Shown here piece by piece: positions 26,198-35,564 of a stretch of DNA of 64,000 nucleotides. The DNA comes from Mageeibacillus sp. UBA1212 (GTDB lineage: Bacteria; Bacillota; Clostridia; UBA1212), in NCBI GenBank assembly GCA_002309655.1, contig DBXM01000051.1, positions 2,856 to 66,855 on the forward strand. Direction: 5' to 3'. The position numbers and the translations under genes were made by a program. The notes below the pieces were generated by a model, which was given only the letters and a program-made list of their open reading frames with translations, had not been told where the DNA came from and did no database searches. The first letter of the stretch is position 1; every line of letters begins with the position of its first letter.

Positions 26198-28593
26198 CTA
26201 CCCGTCACCTCCTCCAGAAGTTCGCCGTCAATGTCCTCGTAGCTTTCCGAAGCGGAGAAGACCTGCTTTTTGATGGCGCCCGCGGCGACGAAGAAGGAGA
26301 TTACACAGAAAAGGAAGTGAACTGCGAATATCAAAATAAGAACCGGCGGTTCAAGGTACTTGAAGATGTTCACGACTCTGACGTAGCCGAAACGGTTGAG
26401 CAAAAGTATTATCGCGGCGCCCGGTATCTCGGACAGCAGCGTGAACACCAGCATCATTACCGCGATTGCCCCGTACGCCGTCTTCTTCCTGAGACCTATG
26501 TTTTTGAGAAGTCTGAAATAGTCTTTGAGCGACGAGAATGTGAGTCTCAGCAGCACCACCTGGAGCACCAGAGTCAGAACGGCGGCCGCGAGTGAAATCC
26601 TGAGCAGGTTTATTCTTTCCTTTTCGAGCGCCGCGTCCTTCCTTGTTGAGCTTTGAACGAATGGCGAAATTACCAGATACCCGAGAGATTCGATCTCTTC
26701 GATGGCGCGGTCGGTGTAGGCGTAATCGGTTATAAAAACGGAGACCTGATTCGTCTGAAGCGGAGAGGTCATACTGTCAAAAGTGTTTTGGCTGACCAGC
26801 GTAAACCTGGGATGTTCACTTTTGAACAGACCTGCGCACTTCAAATGGTAGCTGTTAACTACATTGACGTACTCAAAACCAATTTCTTCGCTAAAAGACG
26901 GTAAACTGCCGGGTTCATTATACGCGTTGCGGACGTTGAGATACATTATGTCGCCTATTTTCATACTGCCGTACAACGTGTTGACCGGGTATAAAAATTC
27001 GTCGTCGGCAAGCTCCCGCGGGACTTCAACCGGTTTCACGGCCTTCCCGTTGGCGTCGGTTATTACGTCTTTAAAGCGCTCCGCTTCGTACGGTGCCACC
27101 GGATAACGGCCGAGATCGCCGCCGGACAGCAAAATACCGCCGGAACGGTATATCGCGTTCATTGTTGCGTTGTTGAACATGCGGAGGAACTGATCGGAGA
27201 AATAAAGTCCGCTTCCGGACGCCTCCCCGACTACGTCGAACGTCAGGGAAATGTACTCCGAGATCGCCCAATGGGATCTGTCCTTTATAAACACTTCGAT
27301 TTTGGTCCCGGTTTTGACGTCCGGGTCGCCGGAAAGGACCTCGTAAAAGCCCTCCGGCAGCCTTCCGTTTTTCAGATTTCCGGCCCGGGACACCCCCTGC
27401 AGGAACGGCGGATCGTCCGTGTTCGTGAACCTGACTTTAACGCTCAGCGTGAACGCGTCAGGATTTTCTTCCTTGTCGTAGTCCGGCAGATAGTCGCGGC
27501 TCTTGTACTTTTTGTAGTCGACGTCTTCCCTGTAGTAGTAGTTGACGTCGCAGACGTAGCCGTACTTCTCGACGCTGTCGACGTACTTGAGTCCTGATAT
27601 CGCCCCGATTTCATCTTCCGTAAAAATCTCCTCCACATCTTTGGATATGACAAGCCGCCGCGGGTCTCCGTTCAGGAACGCCGAGGCGTCGTACACTCTC
27701 GAGGGGACGTCGTCGGTCGAGATCACGAAATTGCCTATAAATACGAAAGAAGCGATGCAGGTAAGAAGCAGGATGATTACCGAAAAAACGCAGAAAAGAG
27801 GCCTCGCTTTCATCGTAAGTCCCGCGACGTAGGACGACAGTTTAAGGTCCGGCGTCTTCTTTGCAGATGTGTCTTTTTCGCGTGCGTTTTCCGTGTTGTC
27901 TGATGCTGCAGGCCTTATTTTCCGGTCTGAAACGACCCTGCCCTCCGACATCACGATATGTCTGCTGATATGGTTCTCAACCTCGGAGTATTCGTGCGTG
28001 ATGACAATGACGAGCCTGTCCTTTGAGGCTTCTTTAAGGAGTTTAATAACCTTTTCACTGTTATCTCTGTCGAGATTTCCGGTGGGCTCGTCGGCGATGA
28101 GTATTTTTGACGGTTTGGCGAGCGCTCTCGCGATGGCGAGGCGCTGCTTCTGTCCGCTGGAAAGTCTGGCGGCGCGTCTGCGCGCATATTCCGACAGCTC
28201 GACTGTTTTAAGAATTTCGGCCGTCTTCTGCCTTGAAACTTCCTTGCTTGAGCCTGAAAGCAGAAGCGTGCTCTCCACGTTTTCGAAAACGGTATTGCCG
28301 GGAAGAATACCGTAATCCTGCGAAATGTAGCTGACGGCGTCTCTGCGGTAACGCTCCCAGTCCGAGGCGTTGTAGTGCGACGTGGGCTGGCCGCAGAAAT
28401 ACAATTCGCCGCCTTCGTAAGGCAGCACGCCGCTCAGAACGTTCGCAAGCGTGGATTTTCCGCTGCCGTTCTCGCCCGTCACGGCGACGAATTCGCCCGC
28501 ATCAAAAGACAGGCTGACGTCGGAAAGACCCATCACGACAGCGTTCTGTGAAGTATAGAATTTGGAGATGTTTTGAAGCTTAAGAACGCTCAT
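26194..28593 (-). CDS. MacB-like ABC ATPase-FtsX permease fusion (second copy). Its stop overlaps the downstream start by 4 nt.
   Basis: Walker A GENGSGKST, LSSGQKQRLAIARA, ILIADEPT. C-terminal FtsX-type TMs. Confidence 0.75.
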   Translation of the reverse strand: MSVLKLQNISKFYTSQNAVVMGLSDVSLSFDAGEFVAVTGENGSGKSTLANVLSGVLPYEGGELYFCGQPTSHYNASDWERYRRDAVSYISQDYGILPGNTVFENVESTLLLSGSSKEVSRQKTAEILKTVELSEYARRRAARLSSGQKQRLAIARALAKPSKILIADEPTGNLDRDNSEKVIKLLKEASKDRLVIVITHEYSEVENHISRHIVMSEGRVVSDRKIRPAASDNTENAREKDTSAKKTPDLKLSSYVAGLTMKARPLFCVFSVIILLLTCIASFVFIGNFVISTDDVPSRVYDASAFLNGDPRRLVISKDVEEIFTEDEIGAISGLKYVDSVEKYGYVCDVNYYYREDVDYKKYKSRDYLPDYDKEENPDAFTLSVKVRFTNTDDPPFLQGVSRAGNLKNGRLPEGFYEVLSGDPDVKTGTKIEVFIKDRSHWAISEYISLTFDVVGEASGSGLYFSDQFLRMFNNATMNAIYRSGGILLSGGDLGRYPVAPYEAERFKDVITDANGKAVKPVEVPRELADDEFLYPVNTLYGSMKIGDIMYLNVRNAYNEPGSLPSFSEEIGFEYVNVVNSYHLKCAGLFKSEHPRFTLVSQNTFDSMTSPLQTNQVSVFITDYAYTDRAIEEIESLGYLVISPFVQSSTRKDAALEKERINLLRISLAAAVLTLVLQVVLLRLTFSSLKDYFRLLKNIGLRKKTAYGAIAVMMLVFTLLSEIPGAAIILLLNRFGYVRVVNIFKYLEPPVLILIFAVHFLFCVISFFVAAGAIKKQVFSASESYEDIDGELLEEVTGR

Positions 28594-28608
28594 TTAACGG
28601 TTCTCCCC

Positions 28609-29274
28609 TTATTTAAACTCGGGCTTCGACGAGATCTTCGCCGGCAGCGCGTATTTCTTCTCGAATTTCCCGGTAAATTTCATCTCGCGGGCCCACAGCG
28701 CCTGATACCTGTACGGAAGCTTTTTGTTTATCGCGTTGCGGCCGTATTTTCCGTCTCCGGCTACCGGGTGGCCGAGGTGGGCCATGTGGGCCCTAATCTG
28801 GTGGGTCCTGCCTGTGACGAGCATGATGTCGCACAGCGTCGTATCCGAAACGGGGTCGTACGAAAGCGGTTTGACCTTCGTGATTATCTCGCGCGCCAGC
28901 TTTCGCGGCGTGTCGTAAATGTAGACCGTTCCCTTCTTAGCGTCCTTGAAATGGAACGCTTTTAAAGTCTTAAAGGTCTTTCCGTCCCCTAAAAGACCCG
29001 CGGGACGCCCCGCAAGCACCGCCGTGTAGGTCTTCGAGATTTCTCCGTCCTTCATCGCCTGCTCCGCATCCGCCAGCGCCTGCGGGTTCTTCGCGAAAAG
29101 CACGATTCCCCCGGTGTTCCGGTCGAGCCGGTGGCAGAGCTCCGCGGACGGCGAAACCTCCCTTTTGACGGCCTCCAGCAGCGAATCCGCGTCTCCCGGG
29201 TCGGGAACGCACACGAACCCCTGCTCCTTTTCGACGGCTATGAAATTATCGTCTTCGTACAGTACCTTAAACAT
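28609..29274 (-). CDS. RluA-family pseudouridine synthase.
   Basis: HRLDRNTGG catalytic Asp motif and TGRTHQIRAH. Confidence 0.8.
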   Translation of the reverse strand: MFKVLYEDDNFIAVEKEQGFVCVPDPGDADSLLEAVKREVSPSAELCHRLDRNTGGIVLFAKNPQALADAEQAMKDGEISKTYTAVLAGRPAGLLGDGKTFKTLKAFHFKDAKKGTVYIYDTPRKLAREIITKVKPLSYDPVSDTTLCDIMLVTGRTHQIRAHMAHLGHPVAGDGKYGRNAINKKLPYRYQALWAREMKFTGKFEKKYALPAKISSKPEFK

Positions 29275-29360
29275 AAACCCTGAACGGATTTCCGTCCTCT
29301 TAATTTACAAAATCCACCGCGTTGCCGCGATGGATTCTGCAAGAGTATATCCGTGAGGCA

Positions 29361-30101
29361 TCAGCCTACGTCGGAAGTCTCCCAGCCCTTCTTTCTGAAG
29401 TCGCCGATCGTCTCGTAGTAAGCGTTATAGTATTTGTCGTAGAGCTCAGCCTTGGCTTCGAACGTTACGATGAAGTACTCAACGCCCTGCATGACTATGT
29501 TGTAAACACCGCGCCAGTTTTCACCGTCTTTGGTAAACGTGTAGGCAACTGTCGAGAACTGGAGTTTACTGTACCTTGCGGTAAAGATTTCGGGGTCGCC
29601 CTTCTCGAGGAATGTCTCACGGGGAGATCCGTTGTAATGCTTGTTGTTGAAGTAGAACTTGGACTCGGGATCCTGGAGCCATTTTACAACGTCGTTTCTG
29701 GATGTCGTCATCGTGATGCCTTCGCCGTTGTGGAAGTATACGCAGTACTCAACGCCGTCGACAAGCTTCTGAACCTTGGTCTCGTTGCCGTCAGCGTCGG
29801 TAATGACCTCTTCCTCTACGGTAACGTTGCCGTCATCGTCGATTGTGGAGACCAGCGGAGCCATAACGAGAATAAGACCGGTATCTCTGTCAAGAATTCT
29901 CTTGTCCGCGTCCATACGGGTAATCGTCCAGTCAGGTCTGTAGCCCTGCTGGAAATAGTAACGATAATTTTCGTACTGATTAGGAAGAACACCGTTTGGA
30001 TCGATAAAATGGAACTCCCGTTTGCAGCCGAAAAGAGCAACAGCAAAGCACACAACAAGCAGAGACGCAACAACAATCCTGATAAGTTTTTTAAGTTGCA
30101 C
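29361..30101 (-). CDS. Hypothetical lipoprotein. Paralogue of the 14339..15037 product.
   Basis: Signal peptide plus lipobox LFGC. Shared blocks with the 14339..15037 protein (see that entry). Confidence 0.5.
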   Translation of the reverse strand: MQLKKLIRIVVASLLVVCFAVALFGCKREFHFIDPNGVLPNQYENYRYYFQQGYRPDWTITRMDADKRILDRDTGLILVMAPLVSTIDDDGNVTVEEEVITDADGNETKVQKLVDGVEYCVYFHNGEGITMTTSRNDVVKWLQDPESKFYFNNKHYNGSPRETFLEKGDPEIFTARYSKLQFSTVAYTFTKDGENWRGVYNIVMQGVEYFIVTFEAKAELYDKYYNAYYETIGDFRKKGWETSDVG

Positions 30102-30284
30102 TGTAAATCCCTCCGTTAAAGAAAATTAGAGCAAACTTCCGTCCCCCGCATTTCGTTGCGAAGCGTCGAAGTCACTTCATGATATGTTATTTTACCAATA
30201 TTATTCTTGAATTGCAACACTTTTTTTGCGATAAAAGCGTATTCAATCTTATTTTAAACTCTCTCACGCCCGGTTTGCGGCCGT

Positions 30285-31790
30285 TTACGCCTCTCCCGCG
30301 GATTTTCTGACCGCCTCGGCGCCGTGGTAGCGCGCGGTCACGTACAGAATCAGGAAGATTATCATGTATGCGATGAGGCGCCTGTCGACGATGCCGAGAA
30401 TGAGATTCACCGCGTATTTCATCACCGACAGAAGGTTCTGCTCGCGGGCGATGTTCTCGGTGCCGTCGTAGTATTTCAGCGAGTATTTGACGGTTCCCGA
30501 GGTGTCTGAAATGCCGTCGTAGCAGAAATAGCGGCCGTCGGAGGCGGTTCCCGGATAGCAGTAGAAGTCAGACGGCATGTAGATCTTCGCCGACCCGGAC
30601 GCGCTCATGTCGTGGTAGAGCCTGTAGCAGCTCACGCAGTACTTGTCCGAAGAGGCCGACGCAGCGACCTTCGAAACCATCGTGGCGATCGCGGTCTTCC
30701 CGTCTTCCTCCTCAAGCGCAATGCCCTCCGGCAGGAACGTCACGTCGCTTATTCCGAACGACGAGTCGTCTGAAAGAGGCGTGTTGATGAGTCCGAGCGA
30801 GCCGTTCGCGGGGTTTATCTCGCAGAGGAAGAACGTGCACCACGGGTCGGAATAGTAGTCCGACGACAGAAGCACGGCGCCGAATTCACGTTCGGTGGAA
30901 ATCGCCTTCTCTGAGACCGCGGTGAACTTCACGGCCTGGTCCTCGTCTGTCGTGTCCGGGAAAAACATCTCCGCGTACGCCTGGCTGTTGAACCTGCGGC
31001 CGTACATGTACGTTTTCCCGTCGCGCGCCTTCGCGAACCCGTCGATCCTGAAGCCCGAAAGGTCCTCGGAGACCGTTATGTTGAACAGCTGCCTGCCGTC
31101 TTCCGTGAACGCGATGACTACCGGGAGCTTGCCGTCGCCGCCGCTGATAGTTCCGTTCATGAAGAACACGCCTCCCGCGGAAGAGACGCCCTTCACCGAC
31201 ACGTCCTCGGAGAGCGCCTTCTCGAAGAGCAGACTGCCGTCAATGTCCCTGACCGACACCCGGTTGCCGCCCGCCACCGAAGCCGCGAAAACGCCGCTGC
31301 TGTAGATTCCGGCAAAGTACGACACAGATTCCGTCTCATCCTCAGCAGGTGAAAGACTGATCGAGCCGTCGAGTTTTCCCTCATTTACCGCGTAGACCTC
31401 CGCGCGGCTCTCGTTGTTGACGAGAAGCAGCACTGTGATCCTGCCGTCAGAGCAGCTTTTCGCAAGTCTGAAATCGCGCTCCATCGAGAGGCCGGCGGCG
31501 TCTATGAACTTTCCTTCCTCGTCGTACATTTTCACGTAAACGGAAGGATTGCTGAGTATGTCGTCGCCCTGCAGGAACGTTCCGACCATGTTCAGCTTGC
31601 CGTCGTTCATCGGGTAGATCGCGTCCACCGTCATCGAAGACATGAACATGTCGTTAGGGTCTGCCTTGTAGAACGAGTTGACGTGGCGGACGGAGAACAG
31701 ATAGACCGCGCTCACGGCCAGAACGAAAACAAGCACGATTATGAGTATTCTGAGCACAACGTTGATACCGCGTTCCAAACTCCGGTTCAC
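30285..31790 (-). CDS. Hypothetical membrane protein with N- and C-terminal TM helices and a large extracytoplasmic domain.
   Basis: Hydrophobic segments at residues about 12-34 and about 465-485. No recognised motif. Confidence 0.45.
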   Translation of the reverse strand: MNRSLERGINVVLRILIIVLVFVLAVSAVYLFSVRHVNSFYKADPNDMFMSSMTVDAIYPMNDGKLNMVGTFLQGDDILSNPSVYVKMYDEEGKFIDAAGLSMERDFRLAKSCSDGRITVLLLVNNESRAEVYAVNEGKLDGSISLSPAEDETESVSYFAGIYSSGVFAASVAGGNRVSVRDIDGSLLFEKALSEDVSVKGVSSAGGVFFMNGTISGGDGKLPVVIAFTEDGRQLFNITVSEDLSGFRIDGFAKARDGKTYMYGRRFNSQAYAEMFFPDTTDEDQAVKFTAVSEKAISTEREFGAVLLSSDYYSDPWCTFFLCEINPANGSLGLINTPLSDDSSFGISDVTFLPEGIALEEEDGKTAIATMVSKVAASASSDKYCVSCYRLYHDMSASGSAKIYMPSDFYCYPGTASDGRYFCYDGISDTSGTVKYSLKYYDGTENIAREQNLLSVMKYAVNLILGIVDRRLIAYMIIFLILYVTARYHGAEAVRKSAGEA

Positions 31791-31881
31791 CTCCGTCCTT
31801 CCTCAACGGTCAATTTAAGTAGATTCATTATCGCCCCGCGAGCTGTTTAACCGGTTCGGTAAAAGCCGCCGGGCGCGTGTT

Positions 31882-33651
31882 TTATTTCAGTTTTTCGATC
31901 TTGACGTACTTGGAAAGTCCGCTGCCGTCCTCGACCTCGCGCTTGATCACCACGCGGCGGATCTTGATGCCGTTGGAGAGCGGCAGGTCCTCCTTGGTGA
32001 TCAGGCAGTAGTTGAGTTTCTTGTAGACGGGAAGCTCCGCGTTCCTGGCGGCGATTTCCTTCCTGAGCTTCTCGGTGAGCTCGGGGTCGTCCACGTAGGC
32101 GGGTTCGGTCTGGCACACGATGACGATGTCCTCATAAACGCTTCCGCCGCCCTTGTTGATGCCGAGCACAGTGAACGCCTTGACGCCTTCAATGTTCAGG
32201 AACGAGTCCTCCAGTTCGTCCGGGTAGACGTTCTCGCCGGATTCGTTGACGACGACCTCCTTGAGCCTTCCCTCTATATAAAGGGCGCCCTTCTCGAGCC
32301 TTCCGATGTCGCCGGATCTGAACCAGCCGTCCTCGTCCGTGGCCGCCGGCGCGTGCTTGCCGTTTTTGAGCATGCCGCTGTGGACCGAACCGCCGCGCAT
32401 CACAAGCTCGCCCGCGGACTGATCGTTGTCGTTGAAGGGCACGATCTTGTATTCCATGGAGGCGACCGGAACGCCGACGACGCCCTGAAGCCTGTATTTG
32501 ATCTTCCTGCGCCGCTCCATGGAGGAGATGCCGACCTCGGTCATGCCGAAGCCGCACAGCGTGTAGTAGCCGATGCCGTTGATGATCTTCAGAGACTCGG
32601 GAAGCACGTGACCGCCGCCGCAGATGATGCACTGGATGTCCCTGCCCGCGAGCTCCTTAAGAACCGTTTTGTTGAAAAGCGCCTTCGCGACCGCGATACC
32701 GAAATCGGGTCCGATCCTCTGCGCGAAAATGCTCAGGTTCAGCATGAAGTTGAACATGAACTGCTTGAATTTGGACTGCTTCGAGAGCTTGCCCTTGATG
32801 CCCTTCGCGATGTTGTTGACGAGCAGCGGCACTGCGAGAATGTGGGTGACCCGGTGGTCGCGGCACGTCTGAAGGAGAACAGAAGGCGCCATTCTGTCGG
32901 GCATTACCTGCGAGGCACCGAAAAAGCTGTACCAGAGGTAGTTCGCCATGAAGCCGAAAACGTGGTTGAGCGGCAGGAAGCAGAGCATTCTCTTGTCCCT
33001 GTCGTCGCAGATGTTCTTGTCGGCTCTGATGATCGGGCCGGCGTTCATGACCTGGTTGTAGATCGCGTCGTTGTTATAGATGAAAATCTTGGCCGTGCTG
33101 GTAGTGCCGGAGGTGCAGAGCGCCACCTCGTCGCCCCAGTCGTAGGAATCGATCCGCTCGATTGCGGTCCTGGACGTTTTGTCGGCGTTGACGGCGATCT
33201 CGAGGATCTGTCTCTTGTCGAGTTTCAGAATGTCAGTCGCGGCGATCGTGACGCAGTTTTCGTACTGATGTCCGTCGTTCGTAATGATCGCGACTGCGCC
33301 GCCCTCGTCGATAAAGTACTGTGTAAGCTTTTCGTCGTGGCGCGCGTCAATAAGGAACGGGCTGAAGCCGGCCATGAGAATGCCCCAGAATATCTCGAAC
33401 CACTCCGGGCAGTTGGCGAGCTTGAAGCAGACGAAGCCCTTTTGGACGCCGTTCATTTTCTCGCGGATCTTGTCGGCGCAGTACCCGCTCACGAGTTCGA
33501 CGTCGGTGAAGCTGAGCTTTTTGATCTGTCCGTCAAGCTTGTACTCGACCGCCGGCATGTCGCCGTGGTGCGAATAGACCTTGAAAATTCCCTTGTAGGA
33601 ATGCTCGCCCTTTTCGAGCATGTCCAGGCATTCGAAACAATATTTGTCCAT
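31882..33651 (-). CDS. AMP-binding acyl-activating enzyme (third copy).
   Basis: CTSGTTSTAK, GFGMTE and WFRSGDIG motifs. Paralogous to the 6005..8005 product over its enzymatic core. Confidence 0.7.
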   Translation of the reverse strand: MDKYCFECLDMLEKGEHSYKGIFKVYSHHGDMPAVEYKLDGQIKKLSFTDVELVSGYCADKIREKMNGVQKGFVCFKLANCPEWFEIFWGILMAGFSPFLIDARHDEKLTQYFIDEGGAVAIITNDGHQYENCVTIAATDILKLDKRQILEIAVNADKTSRTAIERIDSYDWGDEVALCTSGTTSTAKIFIYNNDAIYNQVMNAGPIIRADKNICDDRDKRMLCFLPLNHVFGFMANYLWYSFFGASQVMPDRMAPSVLLQTCRDHRVTHILAVPLLVNNIAKGIKGKLSKQSKFKQFMFNFMLNLSIFAQRIGPDFGIAVAKALFNKTVLKELAGRDIQCIICGGGHVLPESLKIINGIGYYTLCGFGMTEVGISSMERRRKIKYRLQGVVGVPVASMEYKIVPFNDNDQSAGELVMRGGSVHSGMLKNGKHAPAATDEDGWFRSGDIGRLEKGALYIEGRLKEVVVNESGENVYPDELEDSFLNIEGVKAFTVLGINKGGGSVYEDIVIVCQTEPAYVDDPELTEKLRKEIAARNAELPVYKKLNYCLITKEDLPLSNGIKIRRVVIKREVEDGSGLSKYVKIEKLK

Positions 33652-33748
33652 TTAGTAAACTCTCCTTAAAATTAATGAGATCTTAAGTTCCCGGAAGCGC
33701 CTGCACGCGAACGGAATCGTCGCGCCGTGCCCCGGTGTCAGTCAAAAA

Positions 33749-34312
33749 TCAGTCGCGCGTGTAGCCCGCCTCCGCGAGCAGCTTTTCCGTGAGCGGCTTC
33801 ATGACGGCCTCTTCCTCGGGCGTCTCGTGGTCGTAGCCCATCAGGTGCAGAAATCCGTGGCAGAGCAAAAACGCGAGCTCCCTCTTCTCGGAGTGGCCGT
33901 ACTCCTTCGCCTGCTCCCTGACCTTCTCGACGGAAACGACGAGCTCCCCGAGCATTATCGCGCCGTTTTCCGGATTCAGGTCGTACTCGTCGAAAATGCC
34001 GTCGCCCTCGTTCATATCGAGGAACGGGAACGACAGAACGTCGGTCGCGCGGTCGATTCCCCGCTCTTCCTTGTTGATCCCGCGGATCATTCCGTTGTCG
34101 ACAAAATAGACGTTGACGGTGGTCCCTGTGTCCGCCGCGAACTCGGGAAAATTCTTCTCCGCCTTGGTCAGAATGTCATCGGCGACCGCGCAATACTCAA
34201 GCAGCTCCGCGTCGGAAAGCAGTCCCCGCACCGGCTCTTTGGAAGCCGCGTCGAGATCGTCTCTTGTCTCCGCCGTGCTTACCGCGGGCGAGAACAAATA
34301 CTCAGCAATCAT
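33749..34312 (-). CDS. ybeY: Endoribonuclease YbeY (rRNA maturation). The true start may lie downstream of the annotated ATG.
   Basis: HGFLHLMGYDH zinc-binding motif and DVLSFPF block. The start overlaps the phoH stop by 4 nt, the usual phoH-ybeY arrangement. Confidence 0.7.
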   Translation of the reverse strand: MIAEYLFSPAVSTAETRDDLDAASKEPVRGLLSDAELLEYCAVADDILTKAEKNFPEFAADTGTTVNVYFVDNGMIRGINKEERGIDRATDVLSFPFLDMNEGDGIFDEYDLNPENGAIMLGELVVSVEKVREQAKEYGHSEKRELAFLLCHGFLHLMGYDHETPEEEAVMKPLTEKLLAEAGYTRD

Positions 34313-35280
34313 TTTTTAATTTCCTTTTCCTCGTATTTTTCGTACGCTTTTATGATCTTTTTCACAAGCTCGTGCCTCACGACGTCTCTCTCGGTGAAGT
34401 TGACAAACGCGATTCCTTCTATGCCGTCGAGAATGTTCTTCGCGCTCTTGAGGCCCGAAGCGGTGTCGCGGGGCAGGTCTATCTGCGTTACGTCGCCGTT
34501 CACGACCGCCCTGGAGCCGTTGCCGATTCTCGTCAGGAACATCTTGAGCTGCTCGCGGGTCGTGTTCTGCGCTTCGTCGAGAATGATGAACGCGCTGTCG
34601 AGCGTGCGGCCTCTCATATAAGCCAGCGGCGCGATCTCGATTATGCCCTTCTCCAGCTTTTTCTGGAACGAGTCGAAGCCCATAATGTCGAAAAGCGCGT
34701 CGTAGAGCGGCCTCAGGTACGGGTCAACTTTGTTCTGCAGGTCACCCGGCAGGAATCCGAGCTTTTCGCCCGCCTCTACGGCCGGCCTTGTGAGTATAAT
34801 GCGTGAAACTTGATTCTTCCTTAATTCCGAAACCGCCTCAGCCACCGCCAGGAACGTCTTTCCTGTTCCCGCGGGACCGATTCCGAAGGTCACCGTGTTC
34901 GACACGATCGCGTCCACGTACGCCTTCTGGCCGGCGGTTTTGGGCTTGATCGGAGTGCCCTTCGCGTTAAGGCAGACGCAGTCCGTGAGGATGGTTCCCG
35001 GTGCCGGCGCCCTGCCGACGCTCTCCATGTCGCAGTAGTAGGCCGCCAGCTGCCTCGTGACAATCTCGCCCGCCTTGGCCGCCTCGGCCACGTTTCTGAT
35101 GACGTTGATCGAGTGCCTGACCGCCGCCTCGTTGTCGCCCTCGACGGTGATTATTCCGTCGCCGAGAATCACGCTGGTCATGAACGCGTCCTCAACGATC
35201 GCCATGTTTTCGTCGTTTCTGCCGAAAATGTTCTTTAAATCTTCAAGTGATCCGTCAAAAATGTAATTCTGAGTCGTCAA
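34309..35280 (-). CDS. phoH: PhoH-family ATPase.
   Basis: Walker A GPAGTGKTFLAVA and PhoH C-terminal blocks. Confidence 0.8.
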   Translation of the reverse strand: MTTQNYIFDGSLEDLKNIFGRNDENMAIVEDAFMTSVILGDGIITVEGDNEAAVRHSINVIRNVAEAAKAGEIVTRQLAAYYCDMESVGRAPAPGTILTDCVCLNAKGTPIKPKTAGQKAYVDAIVSNTVTFGIGPAGTGKTFLAVAEAVSELRKNQVSRIILTRPAVEAGEKLGFLPGDLQNKVDPYLRPLYDALFDIMGFDSFQKKLEKGIIEIAPLAYMRGRTLDSAFIILDEAQNTTREQLKMFLTRIGNGSRAVVNGDVTQIDLPRDTASGLKSAKNILDGIEGIAFVNFTERDVVRHELVKKIIKAYEKYEEKEIKK

Positions 35281-35488
35281 ACGAAAATTCCCTTCCCGCG
35301 CGCTTAAAAAGCCCTACCCGCTGTATTTGATCGCGAATCCGCTCCGCCCTGCGCGCATCTTTTAAAATTCCGGCCGTTTCGGCCTCAACTTACATTCTAC
35401 AACAACCTCGATTCATTTTCAAGCGTTTTGAACTTCCGCGCGTGCCGTGCGTGCGCGTGAAGCCCTTCGTATTTCATTCCTCATTCCC

Positions 35489-35517
35489 TTGACATCCCTT
35501 CGTCCCGGTGCTATCAT
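35489..35517 (+). promoter_or_regulatory. Sigma-A-type promoter for the MFS transporter gene.
   Basis: TTGACA-17 nt-TATCAT (-35 at 35489-35494, -10 at 35512-35517). Confidence 0.5.
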
Positions 35518-35564
35518 CCCGCGTGCGGTCAGACTTCTTAACCCGGCCGCGTCACGGAGCGGAA

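Noticed and set aside
35508-35564. Track ORF start for the MFS transporter at 35508.
   Set aside because: It would overlap the TTGACA-17-TATCAT promoter. The ATG at 35565 has an SD and lies downstream of the -10, so I used that.
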